Below are positions 8,171 through 17,156 of a stretch of DNA of 30,962 nucleotides, one piece after another; within the stretch, counting starts at the first letter, position 1; each line of letters opens with the position of its first letter. The DNA lies in NCBI GenBank assembly GCA_046262595.1, contig JBHEMM010000007.1, positions 32,163-63,124 on the forward strand, read 5' to 3'. A program made the position numbers and the translations under genes. The DNA is from Vulcanimicrobiaceae bacterium (GTDB taxonomy: Bacteria; Vulcanimicrobiota; Vulcanimicrobiia; Vulcanimicrobiales; Vulcanimicrobiaceae). Under the pieces are notes generated by a model, which was not told the DNA's origin, did not search any database, and saw only the letters and a program-made list of their open reading frames with translations.

Positions 8171-8823
8171 AAGTTTCCAGCGGAGCGAAAAAGCCCGACA
8201 TCCACGCCGGCGCGTACGTCGCACCGAATGCGGTCGTCAGCGGCGAGGTCACGATAGAGGAGGGCTGCGCCGTGCTCTTCGGTGCGGTGATCAGCGCCGA
8301 AGGCGCGCCGGTCGTCGTCGGCGCGAACACCGTCGTGATGGAGAACGCCGTTTTGAAATCGAGCGGCGGAAGCGTCATGCAGTTCCCGCTCTCCGTGGGC
8401 GAGAGCTGCATCATCGGGCCCGGCGCGTACATCGTGGGTGCGACGATCGAACCCGGGTGCTTCATCGCCGCGGGTGAACGCGTGAGCAACGGGCAAACGA
8501 TCCCTGAAAACACGACCGTAGGCAACGTCGAGTCATCGTTTTTTGAAGATGTGTTCAACTTGCAGAATTCCGGCGACGTGCGTGCGCGTGCAGCCGAAGG
8601 CTACGCCAAATTTTTGCGCAAAACACACGCGCAAGACACGCTGCTTGCCGAAGCGCCGAAAAAGCCGGTCCCCAAAGGGCCGGCTCGCAAAACCGCTGAG
8701 GAGCCGCCGCCGGCGCAGAACGTGGAGGTCGAAAAAGTGGTAGACGTCATGTTCGTCGAGTTGGAAGAGGCGCGCCTGCGGCGCGAAGCGGCGATCGAAC
8801 GTGGGAAAACGGGCCGCAAATGA
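8167..8823 (+). CDS. Gamma-carbonic-anhydrase-like left-handed beta-helix protein
   Basis: PDIHAGAYVAPNAVVSGEVTIEEG..VLFGAVI hexapeptide repeats; ATGA-coupled to both neighbours; charged C-terminal extension. Confidence 0.8.
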   Translation: MKVSSGAKKPDIHAGAYVAPNAVVSGEVTIEEGCAVLFGAVISAEGAPVVVGANTVVMENAVLKSSGGSVMQFPLSVGESCIIGPGAYIVGATIEPGCFIAAGERVSNGQTIPENTTVGNVESSFFEDVFNLQNSGDVRARAAEGYAKFLRKTHAQDTLLAEAPKKPVPKGPARKTAEEPPPAQNVEVEKVVDVMFVELEEARLRREAAIERGKTGRK

Positions 8824-9242
8824 GGTCGCTCGCGGGCGCGCTTTGCTGCGCGCTTGCGTTGACCGCATGCGGCGGCACCGGCGGCGGGACGAAGATGCGC
8901 TTGTCCAAGAAGCACGACATCATGATGCTGCAAGCCGTGTATGCGCCGGTGCGCAACGGCACGTCGGGCGCGCCCGTTGACGGGCTCATCGTACGCGGGA
9001 CCATCGCCAACAAAGATACGCGGCCGCTCGCCTGCCGCGGCGACTCTTTCGTGCTCACCGACAGAACGGGCAACGGTGAGGCGCCCAGTACGGCATGGTG
9101 CGATGCTCCGGCAATCGGGCCGCACAATGCCAGCGCGTTCAACGTGACGTTTCGCACGATTCCCGCGCCGCCGCTCGAGCTGCGGTTCCAACACGGCGAC
9201 GGGACGTACGAAGCGCGTGCTCTCGACATTCGGGAACAATGA
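8820..9242 (+). CDS. Lipoprotein with Ig-like (DUF4352-like) domain
   Basis: Lipobox LTAC; VRGTIANK...FVLTDRTG...IGPHNASAFNVTF pattern. Confidence 0.65.
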   Translation: MRSLAGALCCALALTACGGTGGGTKMRLSKKHDIMMLQAVYAPVRNGTSGAPVDGLIVRGTIANKDTRPLACRGDSFVLTDRTGNGEAPSTAWCDAPAIGPHNASAFNVTFRTIPAPPLELRFQHGDGTYEARALDIREQ

Positions 9243-10039
9243 TCGCCGCCGCGCTGTGGCCGTATGCGGAATTCGCGCGCAAGGCCTTCGCGCGCGAAGC
9301 GACATACCGCCTGGAAGTCTTTACCGAAGTCGGCTCGCTGATCGTCCGCGTGTATCTGCTGCGCTCGCTGTGGACGGCACTCTACGCGCAAAACGTCGCG
9401 CCCATGAATCTGCCGCTGCATTCGATGATCACGTACGCCACCGTGGCGCTGCTCATGTCGCTTATTTTGGAGGTGGACGGCACGCGCCTCATTCGCGAGA
9501 AGCTGCGCGAAGGAACGATCGCCACGGATTTGATGAAGCCCATCGTCGTGCCGTTCTATTTTTTCAGCGACGGTTTGGGGCAAACCGGGCTGCACGCGTT
9601 GCTGGTGGTTCCGTCGGTGCTCTTCGCGCTGCTGCTGGTGCATATCGATCTGCCCAGCCTGCCGGTGCTCGGCATGTTCCTGGCCACGTTTGCGATGGGC
9701 TATTTGATCAATTTTTTCTTGAACTTCTTGATGAACGCCGTCGCGTTCTGGACGCTGGAAACGTTCGCCGTGCAATTGATCGTGCGCTGGGTTTCCGACC
9801 TCCTCAGCGGACAGCTGATCCCGCTCACATTCTTCCCCGGCTTACTTGGACGGATCGTGTTCTCGCTGCCTTTTGCGGCGATCTATTCCACGCCGCTGCT
9901 CATCTACGTCGGCGTCATCAAGCCGGCCGGCTATGCGCGCTCTTTTGCGGTGCAGCTGCTGTGGCTCGCTTTGTTTTCCGTGTTGTCTTATGTGGTCTGG
10001 AATGCGGCCGCCCGGCGCGTTGTCGTTCAGGGCGGCTAA
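9239..10039 (+). CDS. ABC-2 family permease (DUF990-like), subunit 1
   Basis: ATG at 9239 overlaps the previous stop; YRLE, REGTIATDLMKP, LSGQLIPL, LPF, C-terminal VVQGG. Confidence 0.9.
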   Translation: MIAAALWPYAEFARKAFAREATYRLEVFTEVGSLIVRVYLLRSLWTALYAQNVAPMNLPLHSMITYATVALLMSLILEVDGTRLIREKLREGTIATDLMKPIVVPFYFFSDGLGQTGLHALLVVPSVLFALLLVHIDLPSLPVLGMFLATFAMGYLINFFLNFLMNAVAFWTLETFAVQLIVRWVSDLLSGQLIPLTFFPGLLGRIVFSLPFAAIYSTPLLIYVGVIKPAGYARSFAVQLLWLALFSVLSYVVWNAAARRVVVQGG

Positions 10040-10046
10040 AGGTCCG

Positions 10047-11129
10047 TCACGCGTTTGGCCGGGGCTTCGCGCGTTCGTATTGTTTGGGCCATGCCGCGCC
10101 GTCTTGCCCGAGCTGCGATGCGGCGAGCAGCGGCCAATACGGTTGCCGCAGCAGCTCGCGCGCGAGAAACACCATATCCGCATCTCCGCGCGCGATAATG
10201 TCGTCCGCCTGCCGGGCATCGGTGATAAGGCCGACCGCCGCCGTCGCAACGCCGGCGCCGGAGCGGATGCTTCCCGCGAAGGGCACTTGATAGCCCGGTG
10301 CGATTGCGATCTTAGCGTGCGGCGATATGCCGCCGGAAGAGCAGTCGATCAAATCGACGCCCAGCGTCTTGAGCGCTTTGGCGAGCTCCACCGAATCCTC
10401 AATCGCCCAGCCGCCTTGGCTCCAATCACTTGCCGAGATGCGCACGAGCAGCGGCATGTCTTGCGGTATCGTCCTCCGCAGAGTCTCCACCGTTTCGCGT
10501 AAGAAGCGCGTGCGGTTCTCGAACGAACCGCCGTACGCGTCCGTGCGCTTGTTGGTGAGGGGTGAGAGAAATTCGTGGAGCAGGTATCCGTGCGCGGCAT
10601 GCACTTCGATCAGGCGGAAGCCGGCAGACAACGCGCGCCGTGCGGCCGCCGCAAACTGCTCGCGCACCGCGGCGATCTCTTCAACCGAAAGCGCATGCGG
10701 AACGATCCACCCCTGCGTAAAGGGCTGCGCGCTGGGTGCGACCACGGGCCGCCAACCGCCCTGCGCAAGCGTGATCGGACCCCCGCCGTGCCAGGGCGCG
10801 GCCGTGCTGGCTTTGAAGCCGGCGTGCGCGAGCTGAATGCCGGCAACGCCGCCATGCTGGTGGATGAAATGCACGATCTCGCGCAGTTTATCAACGTGAC
10901 GATCGTCGTAAATGCCGAGATCCGCAGGCGTGATGCGCCCCTCGGGCGACACGGCGGCGGCTTCGGTCATGACCAAACCGGCCCCGCCGACGGCGCGGCT
11001 GCCCAAATGCACGACGTGCCATTCGTTGGCGAAGCCCTCAACGCTCGAGTATTCGCACATGGGCGAGACGCCGATGCGGTTGCGCATCGTCAGACCGCGC
11101 AGCGTCAGCGGTTCGAACAGATGCGCCAT
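10047..11129 (-). CDS. namA: NADH:flavin oxidoreductase / Old Yellow Enzyme, YqjM-like
   Basis: LFEPLTLRGLTMRNRIGVSPMCEY, GIQLAHAG, HAAHGYLLHEFLSP, QYERA; start overlaps the pirin stop. Confidence 0.92.
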   Translation of the reverse strand: MAHLFEPLTLRGLTMRNRIGVSPMCEYSSVEGFANEWHVVHLGSRAVGGAGLVMTEAAAVSPEGRITPADLGIYDDRHVDKLREIVHFIHQHGGVAGIQLAHAGFKASTAAPWHGGGPITLAQGGWRPVVAPSAQPFTQGWIVPHALSVEEIAAVREQFAAAARRALSAGFRLIEVHAAHGYLLHEFLSPLTNKRTDAYGGSFENRTRFLRETVETLRRTIPQDMPLLVRISASDWSQGGWAIEDSVELAKALKTLGVDLIDCSSGGISPHAKIAIAPGYQVPFAGSIRSGAGVATAAVGLITDARQADDIIARGDADMVFLARELLRQPYWPLLAASQLGQDGAAWPKQYERAKPRPNA

Positions 11130-11830
11130 CAGCGTGCCGGCGTGTCCCAAAAAACCACTTCGCCGGAGCCGCGGACATTGAGGGCCCGGCCGCCCGTCAT
11201 GCGCGCCGCATCGCCTTTGCGCAGCGTCTCGCCGTTCGCGTTGACCTCGCCATCGGCGACGAATAAAAAGCCGTAACGTGCCTCTTCGAGCGGCACGTCC
11301 ACCCGCGCGTCTTCCAAGCGCGCGACGCGCAGCACGGCATCCTGCGTAAGCACGATCGGCGCATCGGCGCCGTCGTGACCCGACGCGACGCTCAGCCACC
11401 GGTTGCGGCGATCTTCGAGCGTGAAATCTTTTTGACCGTACGACGGCGCCGTTCCGGTTTTGCCCGGCAGAACCCACATCTGCACGAGATGCAGTTCATC
11501 GTCCTTGCTGGCGTTTGTTTCCGAGTGCCGCACGCCGGTGCCGGCGCTCATGAACTGCACGCCGCCCGGGCCGACGACGCCGCGGTTGCCCATGCTGTCC
11601 TGATGCTCGAGGCCGCCCTGCAGCACGTACGTGACGATCTCCATATCGCGGTGCGGATGCTGCGGGAAGCCGGTGCCGCCGGCGATGTAATCGTCGTTGA
11701 AAACACGCAGCGCGCCCCAGTTCGTGTTCGCCGGATCGTCATAATCCGCAAAACTGAACGAGTGATACGATTTGAGCCAACCGTGATCGGCGAAGTACCG
11801 CTCGCCGCTGCGCTGAATTGCAAAAGTCAT
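11129..11830 (-). CDS. Pirin family protein (YhhW-like)
   Basis: GWLKSYHSFSFADY, HPHRDMEIVTYV, MSAGTGVRHSE, QMW; start may extend to 11839 or 11845. Confidence 0.92.
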   Translation of the reverse strand: MTFAIQRSGERYFADHGWLKSYHSFSFADYDDPANTNWGALRVFNDDYIAGGTGFPQHPHRDMEIVTYVLQGGLEHQDSMGNRGVVGPGGVQFMSAGTGVRHSETNASKDDELHLVQMWVLPGKTGTAPSYGQKDFTLEDRRNRWLSVASGHDGADAPIVLTQDAVLRVARLEDARVDVPLEEARYGFLFVADGEVNANGETLRKGDAARMTGGRALNVRGSGEVVFWDTPAR

Positions 11831-11848
11831 CTCTCGCATCAACACCGC

Positions 11849-12733
11849 TTAGGGGGGTGTTAGGTTGCGCATACGTCCCAAGAGCAAATGGAAATACAGC
11901 ATGCCGCGCATGGGGCCGAGCGCTTCCAACAGCGCGTTAACGTCGAGATCGTGGTTACCTGAAAGTAACCGGATGCTGCGCGCAACGCCGGAATCGTTCA
12001 ACGGAAAAACGCCGAGCCGCGCGAAGCCGCGCAGCAGGACCACCGCGGCGCTCCACGGGCCGATGCCGCGGATGCGCGTCAGCGATTCGAGCGCTTGCGC
12101 CGTGTCAAGCGTTTCGATCCGCGCTTGGCTGACCACGCCGTCGAGGACCGCGGTCGCCGCGCTGCGCAGATGCGCGACTTTGTTTGCGCTCAAGCCCGCG
12201 CTGCGGAGCACATCGTCGCTTGCCGCAAGGAGCGCTTGCGGCGGCGGAAACGGATGCAGCGTTCCCGCGGCAACCGCCATAGGCGGCGCGAGTTGCTCCA
12301 CGACGCGACGCATGATGGAGGCGGCGGCATGAATGCTGATCTGTTGAAAGACGATCGCATGTGCGAGTGCTTCCCAGACTGAGGGATAGCGGGGCGGTTT
12401 GAGCCCGCGCAGTTCGTGCGCCAGAGATGCGAGCCACGGAAACGGCTCGGTTCGCAGACGCCATTCGTCCAGGAGAACGTTGAGGCCGAGCATGCGTTCC
12501 ACGACGGGCAGCCAGCGCTGCGGATCCTCGCCGGCGATCGTGACGCGCACCGTGTCGGGGGCAGCTTGCTTCACTTCGATCGCGTTCGCGCCGCCGGCGT
12601 CGCTCAGGATGCGGCGGTATACGCCTTCCTCGTCAACCGTATCGACGACGTTCGTCGCGAGCCGGCGCAACGCGTCCGCAGTGAGGTCAAGACGGAAGGG
12701 AGTTGCGGCGCAGAGGTCCTTCGAGAAGCTCAC
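11849..12733 (-). CDS. alkA: DNA-3-methyladenine glycosylase II (AlkA-like, HhH-GPD)
   Basis: WEALAHAIVFQQIS, FPPP, GLSANK, LTRIRGIGPWSA (HhH), FPLND; start uncertain (GTG at 12733 or 12781). Confidence 0.85.
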   Translation of the reverse strand: MSFSKDLCAATPFRLDLTADALRRLATNVVDTVDEEGVYRRILSDAGGANAIEVKQAAPDTVRVTIAGEDPQRWLPVVERMLGLNVLLDEWRLRTEPFPWLASLAHELRGLKPPRYPSVWEALAHAIVFQQISIHAAASIMRRVVEQLAPPMAVAAGTLHPFPPPQALLAASDDVLRSAGLSANKVAHLRSAATAVLDGVVSQARIETLDTAQALESLTRIRGIGPWSAAVVLLRGFARLGVFPLNDSGVARSIRLLSGNHDLDVNALLEALGPMRGMLYFHLLLGRMRNLTPP

Positions 12734-12808
12734 GACGATACCATGAAGGTCGGCATGATACCGTGAGGCGTACGAGGACACCGGTGAACCGCAGGATGAC
12801 CGATTGAG

Positions 12809-13603
12809 TTGTTAGCCACTTATTATCAGTACTGGCGCATTAATTTGCTGACCATGCTCGAGTACCGGGCGAACTTCCTGATGTGGTTCGGATTTGCCGT
12901 CGTGTATCATGGGACGGCCGTTGCGGCATTGTGGGTCACGCTGCATCAGTTCCCGTCCATGAACGGCTGGGACTTCCGGCAGATGGCGTTCCTCTACGCG
13001 CTCTGGATGATGGGCCATGAATTCCACAATACGTTCTTCTTCACCATCGTAAGCGTTCCCGAGTACGTGCGTGAAGGCCGCTTCGACCGCTTTTTGGTGC
13101 GTCCGCAGGATACGCTGTTCCAGGCGTTGACGGTGCCGTCGCAGCTGTCGTTCGATGGGCTGATGCTCGCGATCGTGTTCTTCGTCTTCGCCTCGCGGTA
13201 CAGCGGGGTAGAAGTCGATGCGGCATTCATCATTTTCGTCCCCTTGGTCGTCATCGGCGGGGCGCTCATCGATTTGGGAATATCCTTAGCGGTGGCTACG
13301 ATGTCGTTTTGGTTCGTACGCGTGGATACGCTGCGCTGGGTCGTCATGTCGCTTGAACAGGAGTTTACGCGTTATCCGATCAGTATTTATACGCGCGGCG
13401 TGCGCATTATCTTGGCGTTCGTTTTTCCGTTTGCGTTCATGAACTATTTCCCGGCGACGTTCTTCTTGCATAAAGCCGAGACCGGTCTTTCGCTCTCCCC
13501 GCAGATCGGCTTGTTGACCCCCGTGATCGGCGTCGCATGGCTGCTCGCTTCGTATGCGTTTTGGCGCTTCGGCCTGCAGCGCTACCAGGGGACCGGCTCA
13601 TGA
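12809..13603 (+). CDS. ABC-2 family permease (DUF990-like), subunit 2
   Basis: LEYRANF, GWD, VREGRFDRFLVRP, YPISIY, C-terminal RYQGTGS. Confidence 0.9.
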   Translation: MLATYYQYWRINLLTMLEYRANFLMWFGFAVVYHGTAVAALWVTLHQFPSMNGWDFRQMAFLYALWMMGHEFHNTFFFTIVSVPEYVREGRFDRFLVRPQDTLFQALTVPSQLSFDGLMLAIVFFVFASRYSGVEVDAAFIIFVPLVVIGGALIDLGISLAVATMSFWFVRVDTLRWVVMSLEQEFTRYPISIYTRGVRIILAFVFPFAFMNYFPATFFLHKAETGLSLSPQIGLLTPVIGVAWLLASYAFWRFGLQRYQGTGS

Positions 13604-14481
13604 CGATGCGCCGCTCGCATTTCATCGGCGGCATCTTGGCCGCCGCCGCGTTGCCGCTGCCCGCACGCGCGCAAACGCTGGAATCGCTTTTGGAGCCGGC
13701 CATCGCGAGCATTCCGGGAAACGTCGGCGTGTGCGCACGCACGATGACCAACGGCCGCGCGCTGTACGCCTATAATGCCCACGTCTCGTTTCCGAGCGCA
13801 TCGACGATCAAGATGCTCATCATGCTCACGGCCTTTCACATGGCCGAGCGCGACCCCGCGGCAATGAGCGCGCGCATCGCCTACAGCACGAGCGACCTGA
13901 TCGGCGGGTCCGAGTTCATGTCCCGCCAAGGCGACGGCAGCGTGTTTACCGTTCGCGAGCTGATCGTGCCGATGATTCAAGTGAGCGACAACACCGCGAG
14001 CAACTTGCTCATCACGCATTTCGGCTTCGAACTGATCAACGCCGTTATCCGCAGAGCGGGGCTGACGCAAACGCATTTGAAGCGCCATTTTCTGGACACG
14101 TCCGCCGTGTTGAACCACATGGACAACCGCACGACGCCCGCAGATATGGCGCTGCTGCTGCATGAAATCGAACGGGCAGTGCGCGAAGGTCTCTCGACGG
14201 TGGCAACGCCCTCGTCGTGCCGCAAGATGATCCGGATTATGCTGGGACAGACGGATCGCGATACCATTCCGCGCCTGCTTCCGCGCGGTACGGCCGTAGC
14301 CAACAAAACGGGCGAGCTCAGCCGTTCGCGCAGTGACGTCGCTATTGTCGATCCGTTCGGCGATTCGCCGTACGTGCTGGCGGTTTACACGAACGGCCTG
14401 GATTCGCCCGGCGCTGCGTACGACGGCATCGCGCGCATCTCGCGTATTATCTACCGCACGGTCGCCGCGAGCGACTTATGA
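13600..14481 (+). CDS. Class A beta-lactamase-fold serine hydrolase (PBP-like), Tat-type signal
   Basis: MRRSHFI signal; FPSASTIK (SxxK), SDN, KTG motifs. Confidence 0.88.
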   Translation: MTMRRSHFIGGILAAAALPLPARAQTLESLLEPAIASIPGNVGVCARTMTNGRALYAYNAHVSFPSASTIKMLIMLTAFHMAERDPAAMSARIAYSTSDLIGGSEFMSRQGDGSVFTVRELIVPMIQVSDNTASNLLITHFGFELINAVIRRAGLTQTHLKRHFLDTSAVLNHMDNRTTPADMALLLHEIERAVREGLSTVATPSSCRKMIRIMLGQTDRDTIPRLLPRGTAVANKTGELSRSRSDVAIVDPFGDSPYVLAVYTNGLDSPGAAYDGIARISRIIYRTVAASDL

Positions 14482-14970
14482 AGTCTTCGGCTCGATCGTA
14501 ACCTTCGTCATCGTATCGCCGGCGCGAATCGCGTCCAGCGCATCGAAACCGTCGGTCATCTGCCCAAAAACCGTGTACTGATTGTCCAGAAAACGCGCGT
14601 CGCCCAAACAGATATAGAACTGCGAACCGGCGGAATCGGGATGACCGGCGCGCGCCATCGCAACCGTTCCGCGCACGTGCGCCCGGCCGCTGAACTCGGC
14701 TTTCAACGTATATCCCGGGCCGCCCGTGCCGTTGCCGTCCGGATCTCCGCCCTGCACGACGAATCCCGGCTCGACGCGGTGGGACTTCAGGCCGTCGTAA
14801 AAGCCGTCGCTCGCGATCTTGATGAAGGCCGCGCTGTGCTGCGGCGCATCATCGGGATAAAACGTGAAGACGATATCGCCCTTGTTGGTCGCCAGGCGGG
14901 CCTGCGAAGTTTTCGCTTCTTCGATAGAATCGCGCAGTTCTTCGCCGATGGGAGCGGTGCGAGACGGCAT
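14476..14970 (-). CDS. Cyclophilin-type peptidyl-prolyl isomerase
   Basis: FYDGLKSHRVEPGFVVQGGDP, GTVAMAR, SAGSQFYI, LDNQYTVFG; strong GGAGG RBS before ATG at 14970. Confidence 0.93.
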   Translation of the reverse strand: MPSRTAPIGEELRDSIEEAKTSQARLATNKGDIVFTFYPDDAPQHSAAFIKIASDGFYDGLKSHRVEPGFVVQGGDPDGNGTGGPGYTLKAEFSGRAHVRGTVAMARAGHPDSAGSQFYICLGDARFLDNQYTVFGQMTDGFDALDAIRAGDTMTKVTIEPKTS

Positions 14971-15288
14971 AGTTCCTCCGGGTGGTTCTTGGTGAAGCGG
15001 AGCCTTGTGCACGGGCGTCCCGAACGCCTGGCGCGCTTCGATGGCCGCCAGCTTTTCCGGCCGTGTGAGCTGCTTGAAGCGCGCCTCCACGCTGCGCGCG
15101 GCGGGGCCCGATTCGAAACGCAGCCACGCGTAAAGTTGCACCGGTAGACGCGGACGGGTGTATTTCGACGCGGTTCCGTTCGCGTGGGCGGCCAGGCGCT
15201 TGGCCAGGTCATGTGTCCAACCCGTGTAGAGACTGGCGTCGGCGCACTCCAGGACATAGACGTAAGCCGCCTTTCCGGCTGCGCTCAC
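14971..15288 (-). CDS. GIY-YIG nuclease (UPF0213/YhbQ-like), reading in frame into the cyclophilin
   Basis: YVYVLECADASLYTGWT.DL.KRL..H..G..SKYTRPRLPV...E..FK.L.R.EK; GTG at 15288; no stop before the PPIase. Confidence 0.85.
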
Positions 15289-15332
15289 CGTTAGCGCGCT
15301 CCCGATTGCGGTAGAATGAAAAACGGTATTGG

Positions 15333-15788
15333 ATGATGGACGACAAGACACTCAAGGTACGGATTCCTCCGAACCCGCGCTTCAGCCGGAGCGTGCGGCA
15401 AGAAGTCCGTTCCTTTGCCGGCAACTTCGAAATCGACCACGATGAGCTCAATGAGTTCATCTTTGCCGTCGGCGAAGCCCTTGCCAACGCTATCGAACAT
15501 TCCCACTCGTCGCGCCTGATCGAGGTGCGCTGCCTGATCGAGAACGACAAGATTTTGGCAACGATAAGCGACTCGGGCACCGGATTCGAAGGCGACCCGC
15601 TCCCAAAGGTCGCTCTTCCGCCCGAAACGAGCGAACGCGGACGCGGCCTGCCGATTATGCGGCGGTGCACCGACATCTTCGCCGTGCACTCGGTTCCCGG
15701 ACGCGGCACCGACGTCGTGCTGGGACGATACTTGCGGCGCAGGCAGCGCAAACGACGCGGCGATGAGGAAAGCTCCTTAGCATCTTGA
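15333..15788 (+). CDS. RsbW-like anti-sigma factor / Ser-Thr kinase (HATPase_c_2)
   Basis: AVGEALANAIEH (N box), ISDSGTGF (G1), ERGRGLPIM (G2), GT.V. Confidence 0.88.
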   Translation: MMDDKTLKVRIPPNPRFSRSVRQEVRSFAGNFEIDHDELNEFIFAVGEALANAIEHSHSSRLIEVRCLIENDKILATISDSGTGFEGDPLPKVALPPETSERGRGLPIMRRCTDIFAVHSVPGRGTDVVLGRYLRRRQRKRRGDEESSLAS

Positions 15789-15800
15789 AAAGGCGGAACC

Positions 15801-17156
15801 ATGAAGTTCCGCCTTTTTGCGCTCTTGCCATTGTGCGCACTGCTCTTTTCCGGCGCCTCTGCCCGCCCGGTGAACGCTCCGGATGCGCGCATCACCGCAC
15901 TGCTGCGGGGCGTATCGGCCGCCGATCTGCGCGCGATCGATACCAAACTTGCCGGCTTCGGCACACGTAACGATTTTTCGGAAAACCTGAACTCGCCGTC
16001 GCGCGGTGTTTTTGCGGCGCGGGATTGGATCCGCGCGCAGTTCCTAAGCGCTGCGGCAAAAAGCAACGGTCATCTGACGGTCGCGCTCGACACGTTCACG
16101 CATCCGAAAACCGAACAGACGCCGCGCGACGTTGTTGAGTCGAGCATCATCGCAACGCTCAAGGGCGACGCACCGGGGCCGTTGTACGTGATGTCGAGCC
16201 ATTACGACGACTGCAACGGCGATTGCACCGACGGCGTGGGCGATGCGCCCGGCGCTGATGACAACGGTTCGGGCACCACCGCCGTCATCGGGGCGGCGCG
16301 CGCAATGGCGGGTCTCTCGCATTTTCGCGGCACCATTGTGTTCGCCGTATTCGATGGCGAGGAACTGGGCCTGTGGGGCGCCGAGCATTACGCCGCGCAG
16401 CTCAAAACGGAAGGCGTTGACGTCGCCGCGGATCTGAACAACGACATCATCGGCACGGCGAACGCAGGCGGCGCGGACGCCAACGTGGTGCGCGTATTCA
16501 GCGAAGCCGTGCCCGCCGGGGTAAAGCTGTCGTACGTGAATACGTACGGCACGGAGAACAGCTCGCCCTCACGCGAGTTGCAGCGCTTCGTCGCGGGAAT
16601 CGTGCCGCAGTATCTCGCCCCGCTGCACGTGCGATCGATCTTCCGCGCCGACCGCTTCGGACGTGGCGGCGATCAGGAAGAATTTCAGAAGCAGGGCTTC
16701 GCCGCCGTCCGCTTTGTCGAGGCGCACGAAAATTTTTATCACCAGCACAAGAACGTGCGCGTGGAAAACGGCGTACAATACGGCGATCTGCTCAAGTACA
16801 TCGACTTCGCTTATCTGGCGCGCGTCACGCAGGCAAACGTCGCGTCATTGGCCGCGCTGGCGCTCGGACCTGGCGAGCCGCAAAACGTCACGATGCCGTA
16901 TCACGGCTTGGGGTATCAGCGGTTGGGCAACGACACGACGCTCGCATGGGCCAGGGCTCCGGGTGCGGCGAGCTACGAACTGGTGTGGCGTGCAACCGAT
17001 TCGCCGGTGTGGCAGTACGCAAAAGACGTAGGCGACGTGACGGCCGCGACAATTCCCGTGAGCCACGACGATGCGATCGTCGGCGTGCGTTCCGTGGGAG
17101 CGGATGGATTGCGCAGTGTGGTGGTCGATCCGAAGCCCGCCCGGCTGGCACCTTAA
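15801..17156 (+). CDS. Secreted M28 family metallopeptidase with C-terminal Fn3-like region
   Basis: Signal peptide; SHYD, GADDNGSG, GEELGLWG, NND, H ligand motifs. Confidence 0.9.
   Translation: MKFRLFALLPLCALLFSGASARPVNAPDARITALLRGVSAADLRAIDTKLAGFGTRNDFSENLNSPSRGVFAARDWIRAQFLSAAAKSNGHLTVALDTFTHPKTEQTPRDVVESSIIATLKGDAPGPLYVMSSHYDDCNGDCTDGVGDAPGADDNGSGTTAVIGAARAMAGLSHFRGTIVFAVFDGEELGLWGAEHYAAQLKTEGVDVAADLNNDIIGTANAGGADANVVRVFSEAVPAGVKLSYVNTYGTENSSPSRELQRFVAGIVPQYLAPLHVRSIFRADRFGRGGDQEEFQKQGFAAVRFVEAHENFYHQHKNVRVENGVQYGDLLKYIDFAYLARVTQANVASLAALALGPGEPQNVTMPYHGLGYQRLGNDTTLAWARAPGAASYELVWRATDSPVWQYAKDVGDVTAATIPVSHDDAIVGVRSVGADGLRSVVVDPKPARLAP

Noticed and set aside
12599..12800. Partial repeat matches GCTCAGGATG (12602) and CAGGATGAC (12792)
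   Set aside because: Only 9-10 bp and lacking the TTCGA arm; compatible with chance.
14971..15288. GIY-YIG gene as a homing endonuclease or mobiliser of the REP-like repeats
   Set aside because: It resembles the stand-alone UPF0213 type, has no intron context, and the nearest full repeat copy is over 9 kb away.
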